Origin: Mobula hypostoma
Lineage: Eukaryota
Reading direction: 5' to 3'
DNA length: 64,000 nucleotides
Assembly: GCF_963921235.1 (NCBI RefSeq)
Contig: NC_086097.1
Span: 251,660,001 to 251,724,000 of the forward strand
Positions 36,780 to 49,946 of the stretch are shown piece after piece (positions within the stretch are counted from its first letter, which is position 1; each line of letters opens with the position of its first letter). A program made the translations under genes and the position numbers. The notes below the pieces were generated by a model, which was not told the origin of the DNA, made no database searches, and saw nothing but the letters and a program-made list of their open reading frames with translations.

Positions 36780-38422
36780 AATCAGTACCTTTTCCGGGAT
36801 GGAGGTGACTAATACACGAGGGCATAATTTTAAGTTGATTGAAGGAAAGTTCAACAGCTGCGAGCTAATATTGTCACTCTATAAAACCCCTGGTTAGACC
36901 ACACTTGGAATATTATGTTCAGTTCCGGCCTCATTGTAGGACGGATGTGGAAGCTTTCGAGAGGGTGCAGAGGAGATGTACCAGGATGCTGTCTGGATAG
37001 GAGAACATATCTTATGACGATAGGTTAAGCGAGCTCGGGGTTTTCTCTCTGAAGTGAAGGAGGGTGAGAGGTGACTTGATAAACAGGTACAAGATGATAA
37101 GAGGCATAGAGAGTGTGGACGGCTACAGACTTTTCCCCAGGGCAGAAATATCTAATACAAGGGAGCATAATTTTAAGGTGATGCGAGGAAAGTATAGGGG
37201 GGGATATCAGAAGTAATGTTTTTACACAGTGAGTGGTGGGTGTGTGAAACACTCTGCCAAGAGTGGTGGTAGAGGCAGATATATTAGGGGCATTTAAGAA
37301 ACTCTTAGCCAGGCATATCAATGGTAGGAAGATGGAGGGTTATGTGGGAGGGAAGGGGTAGATTGATCTTGAAGTAGATTAATAGGTTGGCACAACATTG
37401 TGGGCCAAAGGGCCTTTACTGTGCTATACTCTTCGAAGTTCTTAGTTGTAGATCCTGCTCCAATACCTGAAAATAGATCCTGCTCCTCAGAGAATAAAAT
37501 AGTTTCCACTTCACTCTTTCAAAGTTTAAAGAAAATTTGTTATCAAAGTACATATAAGGCATCTTATACCACCCTAAGATTCATTTTCTTGTGGGTATTC
37601 ACAGGAAAATAAATAAATAAATACAATAGAATAAATAACTAGCTCTAAATAACAAAGACAAATGACAAAAGACAAAAACAAGACAAATTGTGCAAATATT
37701 AAAAAAGGTAAATAAATTATATCAAGAACATGAGTTGAAGATGGGGTCCGACTCCATAGGACACTCAAAGCTGCTGCACAGGTTGACTCTGTGGTTAAGA
37801 AAGCAAACGGTGTATTGGCCTTCATCAATCGTGGGATTGAGTTTAGGAGCTGAGAGGTAATGTTGCAGCTATATAGGACCCTGGTCTGACCCCACTTGGA
37901 GTATTGTGCTCATTTCTGGTCGCCTCACTATAGGAAGGATGTGGAAACCATAGAAAGGGTGCAGAGGAGATTTACAAGGATGTTGCCCGGATTAGGGAGC
38001 ATGCCTTATGAGAATAGGTTGAGTGAACTCGGCCCTTTCTCCTTGGAGCGACAGAGGATGAGAGGTGACCTGATAGAGGTGTACAAGATGATAAGAGGCA
38101 TTGATTGTGTGGACAGTCAGAGGCTTTTTCCCAGGGCTGAAATGACTAGCATGAGAAGGCACAGTTTTAAGGTGCTTGGAAGCAGGTACAGAGGAGATAT
38201 CAGGGGTAAGTTTTTTACACAGAGAGTGGTGAGTGCGTGGAATGGGCTGCCGGCAACGGTGGTGCAGGCGGATACGATAAGGTCTTTTAAGAGACTCCTG
38301 GCCAGGTACATGGAGCTCAGAAAAATAGAGGGCTATGGTAATTTCTCAGGTAAGGACATGTTTGGCACAGCTTTGTGGGCTGAAGGGCCTGTATTGTACT
38401 GTAGGTTTTCTATGTTTCTATG
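36780..38422 (+). mobile_element. Two CR1 LINE 3' ends (about 36780-37415 and 37742-38420)
   Basis: ORF 37896-38423 EYCAHFWSPHYRKD..FFTQRVVSAWNGLP. TGAAGA duplication flanks the second copy. Confidence 0.85.
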
Positions 38423-38497
38423 AAGAGTCCTTCAAAGTGAGTCCATAGGTTGTGGGAACAGTTCAGTGATGGGGCAAGTGAAGTTGAGTGAAGTTAT

Positions 38498-38589
38498 ACA
38501 AACAAGAGGAATTCTGCAGATGCTGGAAATTCAAGCAACACACATCAAAGTTGCCTGGCCTGCTGCGTTCACCAGCAACTTTGATGTGT
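38498..38589. mobile_element. Minimal Penelope insertion with inverted end
   Basis: 15-bp TSD GTTGAGTGAAGTTAT (38483-38497, 38590-38604). Inverted repeat CAACACACATCAAAGTTGC/GCAACTTTGATGTGTGTTG. Confidence 0.75.
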
Positions 38590-39589
38590 GTTGAGTGAAG
38601 TTATCCCCTTTTGTTCAGGAGCCTGATGGTTGAGAGGTATTAACTGTTCCTGAACCTGGTGGTGTGAGTCTTGAAGCTCCTGTACCTTCTTCCTGATAGC
38701 AGTGCATCTGAGAAGAGTGCATGGCCTGGGTGATGGGGGTCCTTAATGATGGACACTGCCTTTTTGAGGCATTGCTCCTTGAAGATGTCCTGAAAACTAT
38801 AATGGCAGTGCCCATGATGGAGCTAACTGAGTTCACAACTTTCTGTAGCTTCTTTCGATTCTGAAAGGCCATGATTACTGTATGCTGAAACTTGGCAACT
38901 CGCTATGGAACAGGTTTGTGAAATGTATTTTGTCATCGTGTGATGCTCCATGGCTAGGCTGTCCTAAAATTCAGTTACATTGACTTGGATGCACAAGTCA
39001 AAATGTGGCCATTCAGTCTTCCTTCAGACAATGCAGTAACAGATTTTGGAAACTCGAGGTGCAGCACAGTGTAATCTTAAATTTATTATAGAATATTCAA
39101 GCTCACAGATGGAAAAGATACCAGAGTTCTTGGCCTCCAAATCTGCTCATTGTGTGCTGGTATGTTTACATTCCATCTGCTTCTGATTTTATTCAGAATT
39201 CTGACACTGAAGTCCAAAGGGGGAGAAAATTGAAAAATAAAGTTTATTAGTCCTTACATTTTTGAAGTCTATAATGGAGCTCTTTCATGCCTGGGATTCA
39301 TCCAGTGTTTTTCCTCCAACTAGTAATGAGAATACGGTGTGTGTCTGAGAAAGGTTTACTGCCCGTGACCAGGATCCAGCTGTTTGAGAGAGAGAAATGT
39401 AACAGATATATTTGAAGATAAAGGAAAAACCCAAAGCAGAGAGCTCCTACCAACTGTCCCCAGGTGTGTCTGACCAGGGGTTCCCAATCTTTTTTATGCC
39501 ATGGACCCTTACCATTAACCGAGGGGTCCTTGGGCCTCAGGTTGGGAACGCCCGGTCTGAATATAATCCCAAGAACCAACGCAATACTC

Positions 39590-42500
39590 TGCAACTGACA
39601 TGGAGAGGATGATTTCTATAGTAGGGGAGTCCAGCACCCTAAGACATTGGAGCAGAATTTGGCTTTTCAGTCCATCGTGTCCGCACTGCATTTCACTCAC
39701 GGCTGATTTATTATCCCTCTCAACACCATTCTACTGACTTCTCCCCGTAACCATTGATGCCATGACTAATCAAGACCCTATCAACCTCCACCCAATGACC
39801 TGGCCACCACAGCCACCCATGCAATGAATTAGACAGATTCACCACCCCCGGCTAAAGAAATTTCTCCTTAACTCTCCTAAGTGGACGTTCTTTTATTCTG
39901 AGGCTGATCCCTCTGGTCCTAGACTCCACTACAGGAAACATCCTCACTACGTTCTCTCCATCTAGGCATTTCAACATTTAAGACCATAAGACCATAAGAT
40001 TTAGGAGCAGAAGTAGGCCATTCAGCCCATCAAATCTGCTCTGTCATTCAATCATGGGCTGACCCACTTCATTCAGTCATCCCCACTCCCCTGCTTTCAC
40101 CCCATACCTTTCGATGCCCTGGCTAATCAAGAACCTAGTATCTATCTCTGTCTTAAATACATCCAATGACTTGGCCTCCACAGCCGCTTGATAGGTTTAA
40201 GTGGGATCCTCCCTCATTTCTCTAAATTTCAGCGAGTACAGGCACAGAGCCATCAAACGCTTCTCATATGATAACCCTTTCATTTCTGGAATCATCCTCG
40301 TGAACCTCCTCTGAACCCTCTCCAATGTCAGCACTTCATTTCTTAGATAAGGTTTCCAAAACTGCTCACAATACTTCAAGTGAGGTCTCACCTGTGGTAT
40401 ATAAAGTTTGCTTTATAAGACCATAAAACCATAAGATATAGAAGCAGAATTAGGCCATTTAGCCCATCGAGTCTGCTCCATTACTTCCTAATGGCTGATC
40501 CAATTTTCCTCTCAGCCCCAATCTCCTGCCTTAAATATACATAAAGACTTGGCCGCCACCTCTGTCTGTGGCAAAGAATTCCACAGATTCTTCACTCTGT
40601 CTAAAGAAATTCTTCCTTATTTCTGTTCTAAAAGGACACCCCTCTATTCTGAGGCTGTGTCCTCTGTGTCTTAGACTCTCCCACCATACAAAACATCCTC
40701 TCCACATCCACTCTATCAAGACCTTTCACAATTCAATTGATTTCGACGAGGTCACCCCTCATTCTTCTGAATTCTAGTGAATACAGGCCCAGAACCATCG
40801 AACGCTCTTGATAAGACCATAAGAGATAGGAGCAGAATTAGGCCATCTAGCCCATCGAGTCTATTCTGCCATTCAAACATGGCTGATCCTTAAAAGTTTG
40901 GAAGTCTAATGATTTTTGAAAGATCTTTTCCATTGCCACCACAATCTCTAACACTTCCTCTTTCAGAACCCTAGGGTGCTGTTCTTCTGGTCTGGGTGAC
41001 TTATGTACCTTTAGGTTTTTCAACTTTTTGAGCACCCTCTCTATTGTAACTCTAACTGCACCCACTTCTCTTCCTTCACACACTACAACGTCTGGCACAC
41101 TGCTAGTGTCTTCCACAGTGAAGACTGATGCAAAATATTTAGTTCATCAGCCAACTCCTTGTCCCCCGTTATTATTTCTCCTGCCTCGTTTTCTAGCGGT
41201 CCTATATCCACTCTCATCTCTCTTTTATTTTTAACATACTTGAAAAAGCTTTTACTATCCACTTTGATATTGTTTGCTAGCTTGCTTTCATATTTCATCT
41301 TTTCCCTTCTAATGATATTTTTAGTTGTTCTCTGTAGGTTTTTAAAAACTTCCCAATCCTCTATCTTCCCACTAACTTGTTGCTTTGTTGTATGCCCTTT
41401 CTTTTGCTTTTAAATAGCTTTGACTTCCCTTGTCAGCCACGGTTGTACTATTTTACCATTTGAGTATTTCTTCATTTTGGAATACGCATGTCCTGCACCT
41501 TCCTCATTTTTCCCAGAAACGCACGCCATTGCTGCTCTGCTGACATCCCTGCCAGCAGCTCCTTCCAATTTACTTTGACCAACTCCTCTCATACCACTGT
41601 AATTTCCCTTACTCCACTGAAATACTGCTACATCACACTTTACTTTCTCCCTATCAAATTTCCAATTGAACTCAAGCATACTGTGATCACTGGTTCCTAA
41701 GGGTTCTTTACCTTAAGCTCCCTAATCGCCTCTGGTTCATTACATAACACCCAATCCAGTACAGCTGATCCCTAAGAAGGCTCAACAACAAACTGTTATA
41801 AAAAGCTATCCCTTAAGCAATCAACAAAGTCAGTCTCTTAAGATCCATTACCAACTTGATTTTCCCAATTGACCTGCATGTTAAAATCTCCCATGACTAC
41901 CGTAGCATTGCCCTTTTGACTCGCCTTTTCTATTTCCTGTTGTAACCTGTGGTCCACCTCCCAGCCACTGTTGTGAGACCTGTATGTAACTGCCATGAAA
42001 CATCCTTTTACCCTTGCAGTTTTTGAACTCAACCCACAAGGATTCAACATCTTCCAATCCAGTGTCACACCTTTCTACTGATTTGATGCCATCCTTTACC
42101 AGTAGAGCCACCCCACTCCCTCTGCCTACCTTCTTATCCCTCCGATACAATGTGTAACCTTGGACATTCAGCTCCCAACTACAACCATCCTTCAGCCATG
42201 ATTAGTGATGACCACAACATCATTCCTGGTAATCTGTAATAGTGCAACAAGATCATCCACCTTATTTCTTATGCTACGTGCATTTAGATACAACACCATG
42301 AGTACTGTATTTGCTATTCCTTCCGATTTTGCATCCCTAATAATTTGATACTCAGCCTGTTGGCTGCAATTTAGTCCCATCACCTGCCTGCCCTTCCTGA
42401 TAATCTGACTGCGCACTATCTTTACTACACCATCCGTCCTTTCCTGAGTCCCTTCACTCCAGTTCCCACGCCCCTGCCAAGTTAGTTTCAACCCTCTCCA

Positions 42501-45500
42501 ACAGCTCTAACAACTTGCTCATGAGAATATTGGCCCCCCCTTGGGTTTAGGTGCAACCCATCACTTTTGAACACGTCATACCTCCCCCAGAAGAGATCCC
42601 AGTTATCCAAGAACCTGAAGCCCTGCCCCCTGCACCAGCTTCTCAGCCACACATTTATCTGCCAGATCATCTTGTTTCTATCCTCACTGGCATGTGGCAC
42701 AGGCAGCAATCCAGAAATTACCACCCAGGGGTCCTGCTTCTCAGCTTTCTACCTAGCTCTCTAAGTTCTCTTTTCAGGACCTCATTGCTTTTCCTTCCTA
42801 TGTCATTTGTACCAATATGTACCAAGACATCTAGCTCTCCAAAATGTTGTGAATGCGATCTGAGACATTCCTGACCCTGGCACCTGGGAGGCAACACATC
42901 ATTCGGGTATCCCGTTCACATCCACAGAATCTCCTGTCTGTTCCCCTCACTATCGTCCCCTATCACTACCACTCCCCTCTTCTCTCTCTTTCCCTTCTGC
43001 ACCACAGATCCATACTCAGTACCTGTAACCTGGTCGCCATGGCATTCTCCCAGGAGGTTATCCCCCACAAAAGCATCCAATCTTCCTGTAAAATCAGATC
43101 CTCCATTAAGAAAATAGTCAACCCTTTCATTTCTTCTACCAAAGTACATGACCACACAATTCCTGACACTGTATTCCATCTACCATTTCTTTGCCCATTC
43201 TCCTAATCTGTCTAAGTCCTTCTGTAGTCTCTCTGCTTCCTCAAAACTACCTGCTCCTCCACCTATCTTCATATAGTCAGCAAATTTTGCAACAAAGCCA
43301 TCAATTCCATCATCCAAGTCATTAACATATACCATAAAAAGAATCGGTCCCAACACAGACCCATGTGGAACATCACTAGTCACCGGCAGCCAACCAGAAA
43401 AAGCTCCCTTTATTTCCACTGTTTGCCTCCTGCCAATCAGTCACTGCTTTATTCATGCTAGGATCTTTCCTGTAATACCATGGGCTCGTAGCTTGATAAG
43501 TAGCCTCATGTGTGGCACCTTGTCAAAGGCCTTCTGAAAATCCATGTTCACCACATCAGCCAATTCTCCTTTGTCTATCCTGCGTGTTAGTCCCTCAAAG
43601 AATTCCAGTAGATTTGTCAGGTAAGATTTTCCCTTGAGGAAACCATGCTGACTACGGCCTATTTTTTCATGAGCCTCCAAGGACTGTGAGACCTCATCTT
43701 TAATAATCAACTCCAAAATCTTCCCAAAAACTGAGGTCAGACTAACTGGCCTATAGTTACCTTTCTTCTACCTCTCTCCCTTTGAAGAGTGAAATGACAT
43801 TTACAATTTTCCAGTCTTCCGGAACCATTCCAAAATCTAGCGATTCTTGAAAGATCATTACTGTTGTCTCTGCAATCTCTTCAGCCACCTCCTTCAGAAC
43901 TCTGGGGTGTACATCCTCTGGTCCAAGTGACTTATTTAGCTTCAGACCTTTTACTTTCCCAAGAACATTCTCCCTAGTAATGGTAACTTCACACACTTCA
44001 TGCCCCTTGACACCTGGAAATTCCAGCATAATGTTAGTGCCTTCCACAGTGAAGACTGATGCAAAATTCTCATTCAGTTTATCCGCCATTTAATTGTCCC
44101 CCATTACTACCTCTCCAGCATTGTTTTCTAGCGGTCCAATATCCACTTTTACACTTTATATATCTGAAGAAACTTTTAGTATCCTCTTTAATATCATTAG
44201 CTCGCTCACCTTCTACTGGTTTTATGTTTGCTTTGGCTTCTCTTGTTAGCCACAGTTGTATCAACTTTCCTTTAGAATACTTCTTCCTCTTAGAACCATA
44301 GAACACTACAGCACAGAAAATAGGCCATTCGGCCCTTCTAGTCTGTGCCGAAACATTATTCTGCTAGTCCCATTGACCTGCAACCAGTCCATAACTCTCC
44401 AGACCTCTCCCATTCATGTACCTTTCCAATTTATTCTTAAAACTTAAGAGTGAGCCCGCATTTACCACGTCAGATGGCAGCTCATTCCACACTCCCACTA
44501 CTCTCTGAGTGAAGAAGTTCCCCCTAAACCTTTCCCCTTTCACCCTAAAGCCATGTCCTCTCATATTTATCTCTCCTAATCTAAGTGGAAAGAGCCTATT
44601 CACATTTACTCTGTCTATACCCCTCATAATTTTGTAAACCTCTGTCAAATCTCCCCTCATTCTTCTATGCTCCAAGGAATAAATTCCTAACCTGTTCAAT
44701 GTTTCCCTGTAACTCAACTGAAGACCGGCAACATCCTAGTAAATCTTCTCTGCACTCTTTCAATCTTACTGATATCCTTCCTATAGTTAGGTGACCAGAA
44801 CTGTACACAATACTCCAAATTTGGCCTCACCAATGTCTTATACAACCTCTCCATAACATCCAAACTCCTATACTCAATACTTTGATTTATGAATGCCAGG
44901 ATGCCAGAAGCCTTCTTTACAACCCTGTCTACCTGTGACACTACTTTCAGAGAATTATGTATCTGAACTCCCAGATCTCTTTTGTTCCTCTGCACTTCTC
45001 AGTGCCCTACTGTTTACACTGTATGTCCTACCTTGATTTGTCCTTCCAAAATGCAACACCTCACACTTGTAATGTATTTTTTGGGATGTATTTTTCCTGT
45101 GACTTTCAAATTGCCTCCAGAAAATCTACATTGCTGTTTTGCCATCATCCCTGCCAGTGTTCTTTTCCAATCAATTCTGGCCAACTCCTCTCTCACACTG
45201 CTGTAATACCCTTATATTCTAGTCTTCTCAAAATGAATGCTAACATTGCATTTGCCTTCCTCAACACTAACTCAACCTGCAAGTTAACCTGTAGGGAATC
45301 CTACACGACGACTCCCAAGTCTCTTTGCACCTTGGATATTTGAATTTTCTCTCTGTTTAGAAAATACTCTATGCTTTTGTTCTTCTACAAAGGGCATGGT
45401 CATACATTTCCCAACACTGTGTTCCTTTGTCCAATTTTTGCCCATGCTCCCAATCTGTCTGTCCTTCTGTAACCTCCCTGCTTCTTCAATACTATCCACC

Positions 45501-45560
45501 TATTTTCATATTCTCCGCTAACTTTCCATCATCTGAATCATTGACATATATACCTGAGGC
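39590..45560 (-). mobile_element. Stack of minus-strand CR1 LINEs (3' ends, one ORF1+EN segment at about 40890-43080, RT segments at 43095-44290, nested 3' end at 44291-45070)
   Basis: SGNH ORF1 (VVVIGD, ISGLLPVP, DGLHLN), EN (YLNARSIRNK, VMGDFN), RT ([17 protein letters not shown]) and repeated (ACCATAAG) tails. Confidence 0.85.
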
Positions 45561-47330
45561 AAATCAGTTTGGAATAATCCTAAATCCCCAAGGCCTGAGA
45601 AGATGCTTCCTTGGACCCTGTGGGAGGCAAGTGCAGAAATTGCTGGAGCTTAAGAGCTGAGGGGTAATGTTGCAGCTATATAGAACCCTGGTCAGACCCC
45701 ACTTGGAGTACTGTGCTCAGTTCTGGTTGCCTCACTACAGGAAGGACATGGAAACCATAGAAAGGATGCAGAGGAGATTTACAAGGATGTTGCCTGGATT
45801 GGGGAGCATGCCTTATGAGAATAGGTTGAGTGAACTCGGCCTTTTCTCCTTGGAGCGACGGAGGATGAGAGGTGACCTGATAGAGGTGTATAAGGTGATG
45901 AGACACATTGATCGTGTGGATAGTCAGAGGCTTTTCCCCGGGGCTGAAATGGTTAGCACGAGTGGGCATAGTTTTAAGGCGCTTGGAAGTAGGTACAGAG
46001 TAGATGTCAGGGGTAAGTTTTTTACGCAGAGAGTGGTGAGTGCGTGGAATGGGCTGCCGGCAGCGGTGATGGAGGTGGAAACGATAGGATCTTTTAAGAG
46101 ACTCCTGGATGGATACATGGAGCTTAGAAAAATAAAGGGGTATGTGTAAAGCCTAGGTAGTTCTAAGGTAGGGACATGTTCGACATGGCTTTGTGGGCCG
46201 AAGGGCCTGTATTGTGCTGTATGTTTTCTATGTTTGTATGTTTTTATGTTTCCTACCAGAGATATTTAAAACATCCTTAGTGACAGGAGAGGTACCAGAG
46301 AAATGGAGGATAGCTAATGTTGTTCTGCTATTTAAAAAAGGCTTGAAATAGAAACCAGGAGATTACAGGCCCGTGAGATTGACATCACTTGTGGGCAAAC
46401 TATTTCAGGGATCAGATATATAAGTATTTGGATAGACATGGACGGATTAAGGATAGTCAGTGTGGCTTCATGTGTGGTAGGTCATGTCTAACCAATATTA
46501 TAGATTCTTTTGACGAAGTGGATGAAGGCAAGACAGCGGATGTTGTCTACAAGGCATTTGACAAAGCCCTGCATGGGAGGCTGGTCAAGAAGGTTCAGTT
46601 ACTCAGCATTCAGGATGAGGTAGTAACTTGGATTAGACATTGGCTTTTTGGTAGAAGCCAGAGAGTGCTGGCTGAGGGTTGCCTCTCTGACTAGTCCTTG
46701 GGATCGGTGCTGGGTCCTTTGTTGTTTGTCATCTGGATAATAATGTGGTTCACTGGATTAGCAGCTTTGCAGATGACACCAAGATTGGAGTTGTAGTGGA
46801 CAGTGAGGAAGGCTGTCATGGTTTACAGAGGGATCAGCATCAGCTGGAAGATTGGGCTGAAAAATGTCAGATGAAATTTAATGCAGTCGATTTGCGAGGT
46901 ATTGCACTTCGGTCAGACCAACCTGGGTAGGTCTTCTATAGTGAATGGTAGGGCACCGAGAAGTGTGGTATAGCAAAGGGATATGGGAATACAGGTCATA
47001 ATTCATTCAAAGTGGTGTCACAGGCAGACGGAGTCAAAGAAAGATTTTGGCACATTGACCTTCATAAATCAATGTATTGAGTACAGGAGATGGGGTGTTA
47101 TGTTGAAGACATTGGTGAGGCCTAATTTGGAGTGCTGTGTGCAGTTTTGGTCTAACTACAGGAAAGATTGTAAATAGCGCTGAAAGAGTACAGAGAAAAT
47201 TTACAAGGAAGGTGCCAGGTCTGGAGGATCTGATTTTACAGAAAGATTGAATAGGTTAGGGCTGTATTCTTTAGAACATAGAAGACTGAGAGGAGATTTG
47301 ATAGAGGTATACAAAATTTTAAGGGATATA
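45560..47330 (+). mobile_element. Degenerate CR1 with a nested younger CR1 3' end (about 45645-46250)
   Basis: ORF 45667-46149 is an intact C-terminus. Flanking RT remnants KAFDKALHGRL and FADDTK. Confidence 0.82.
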
Positions 47331-47331
47331 T

Positions 47332-48702
47332 CAGGCAGTAGGCACCTGGACTTGTTGTGTTGCCTAGAAGACATTTCACCACTCATCTAAGAGACTTCTA
47401 CAGTTCAGATCCATGGCAGGTAGTTTTCCAGTTTATATAGTTGTTTAAGGATATAGCAATCACATGAGGGTTGTTAAGCATCATAGAGGTAATAGTCATA
47501 GTCATACTTTATTGATCCCGGGGGAAATTGGTTTTCATTACAGTTGCACCATAAATAATAAATAGTAATAGAACCATAAATAGTTAAATAGTAATATGTA
47601 AATTATGCCAGTAAATTATGAAAAAAGTCCAGGACCAGCCTATTGGTTCAGGGTGTCTGACTCTCCAAGGGAGGAGTTGTAAAGTTTGATGACCGCAGGC
47701 AGGAATGACTTCCTATGACTCTCTGTGCTGCATCTCGGAGGAATGAGTCTCTGGCTGAATGTACTCCTGTGCCCACCCAGTACATTATGTAGTGGATGGG
47801 AGACATTGTCCAAGATGGCATGCAACTTAGACAGCATCCTCTTTTCAGACACCACCGTGAGAGAGCCCAGTTCCATCCCCACAACATCACTGGCCTTATG
47901 AATGAGTTTGTTGATTCTGTTGGTGTCTGCTACCCTCGGCCTGCTGCCCCAGCACACAACAGCAAACATGATAGCACTGGCCACCACAGATTCGTAGAAC
48001 ATCCTCAGCATCGTCCAGCAAATGTTAAAGGACCTCAGTCTCCTCAGGAAATAGAGACGGCTCTGACCCTTCTTGTAGACAGCCTCAGTGTTCTTTGACC
48101 AGTCCAGTTTATTGTTAATTCGTATCCCCAGGTATTTGTAATCCTCCACCATGTCCACACTGACCCCCTGGATGGTCATTAGTGTTATCTTTGTATGAAT
48201 GGAGGTGTGAACTGTTGTGAAGACACTGGGGTGGAGATGTTAGGTCTGCATTGTAAGTAGCTGATAGGTGGTGTCGTAGCCCACCCTCTCTGTTCAGGGA
48301 TGGGTTTTCCAGTTTGACAAAGATAGCTTCTTTACCCCCTCTTTCAAAACACCTCTCCTCCCAAATGTGCACATTGTTGTGTTCTAAGGAGTGCCCCTTG
48401 TCCTTTAGGTGTAGATATACAGCCAGGTCTTGACCTGGGCTGTTAGCCCTCCTCTGTTGGGCCATCCATTTGTGAAGTGGTTGTTTTGTCTCACCGATAT
48501 ACAAATCTGTGCAGAAAACACCAAATCCTTGTGTTTTTCAAGCCTACAAACACACCCAGATGGAAACTCGTCCATCCCAAGACTCCTACACCCAAACACA
48601 AACAGAGCAATATTGTATATGCTATGCAATGCAATGACAACCACACAGATCTATATATCAGTCAGACAAAACCTCATAAATGGATAGCCCAACATAGGAG
48701 GC
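47332..48702 (-). mobile_element. Second Penelope family: GIY-YIG endonuclease, inverted 5' segment, split by a Rex1 insertion
   Basis: Minus strand: YIGETKQPLHKWMAQQRRA..AVYLHLKDKGHS..FERGGKEAIFVKLENPSLNREGG (48180-48510). Plus-strand inverted piece FKPTNT..KLVHPK..SNIVYAMQC..DLYI (48510-48702). Degenerate hammerhead at 47367-47406. Confidence 0.8.
47493..48179 (-). mobile_element. Young Rex1/Babar LINE 3' part
   Basis: Open ORF 47640-48179 YKYLGIRINNKLDWSKNT..KKGQSRLYFLRRLRSF; (ATGACT)n tail. Highly similar to 57146-57890. Confidence 0.88.
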
Positions 48703-49766
48703 CTATCACTCTGGTTCCCACCCCCCGCCAGAGTAGTTTAAACCCTCCTGAACTGCTCTCGTAAACCTGTCTGCAAGGATATTGGTCCCTCTCAGTTTCA
48801 CGTATAACCCATCCCTTCTGTACAGGTCATACCTTCTTCCCCAGAAGTAATCTCCATGATCCAGAAATCCTCACAATAAGGTGTATGCAGAGCCAAAGTG
48901 AGATTGAAATGAGGTAGCAATCTCTCCCAATACTGTTGAAGTTTTGAATGAGTATTGGGACAGTTAGCAAAAGTCCCAATCAAACCAATTAGTATTATCA
49001 TTTTAAATTTAAATTCAAAGTTCAAAGTAAATTTATTGTCGCAGTACATATATGTCACCATATACAACTCTGAGATTCATTTACTTACAGGCATTCACAG
49101 TAAATACAAAGAAACAAAATAGATTCAATGAAAAACCACACCAGACCGAGAAGGACAAATAACCAATATGCAAAAGACAGTAAAGAGAAAAACAAAATAA
49201 TAAATAATAAATAATCTTGAGGACGAATTGTAGAGTCATTAAGAGTGATTCCATGAGTCCATAGATTGTGGAATCAGTTGGGACTTCAGCGTTGGGGTGA
49301 ATAAAGTTTACAATGCACAGCTGCTGCATAACAACCCATTTCACGACATACGCCAGTGATGTTAAACCTGATTCTGGTTCTGAACTCCTGTAGTTCAGGA
49401 CCTGATGGTTGAGGAGGAATAACTGTACCTGACTTGTTGTTGTTTATTCCTTAGAAACCCCTTTTTAACACTTTTATATCCTTCTTCAATGGTGTGATCA
49501 GAGTTTCAAATCGTGCCTGTGTTATACATAGCTTTGTCATGGCTTCCTTCAGATTCCGATTCATTTATTTATCATGTATACAGTACATTGAAGCATACAG
49601 TGAAATGTGTCATATGTGTCAACACCCAACACAACCTTGATTTCAACATTTAAGAGACATTTGGGTTGGTACATGAATGGGAGGCATATGTAGGTCTATG
49701 ATCCGGGTCCGGGTCGATAGGACTGGGCAGCATAATAATTTGGCACAGGTTAGATGGGCTGAATGG

Positions 49767-49946
49767 TCTTTCTTCCTTCCTTTCCTCTTTCCTTTGTTTG
49801 TTCCTTCCTTACCTCCTTTCCTTCTTTTCCTCCCCTACCCTCCTTCCCTCCTTTCTTCCTTCTTTCTTTCTTCCTTTCCTTCCTCTTTTCTTCCACTTCT
49901 TTCTTTCTTCCTTCCCTTCTGCCCTTCTTCCCTTTTCCTCCCTTCG
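49767..49946. repeat. Polypyrimidine (CT-rich) low-complexity tract
   Basis: About 180 bp composed almost entirely of C and T. Confidence 0.9.
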
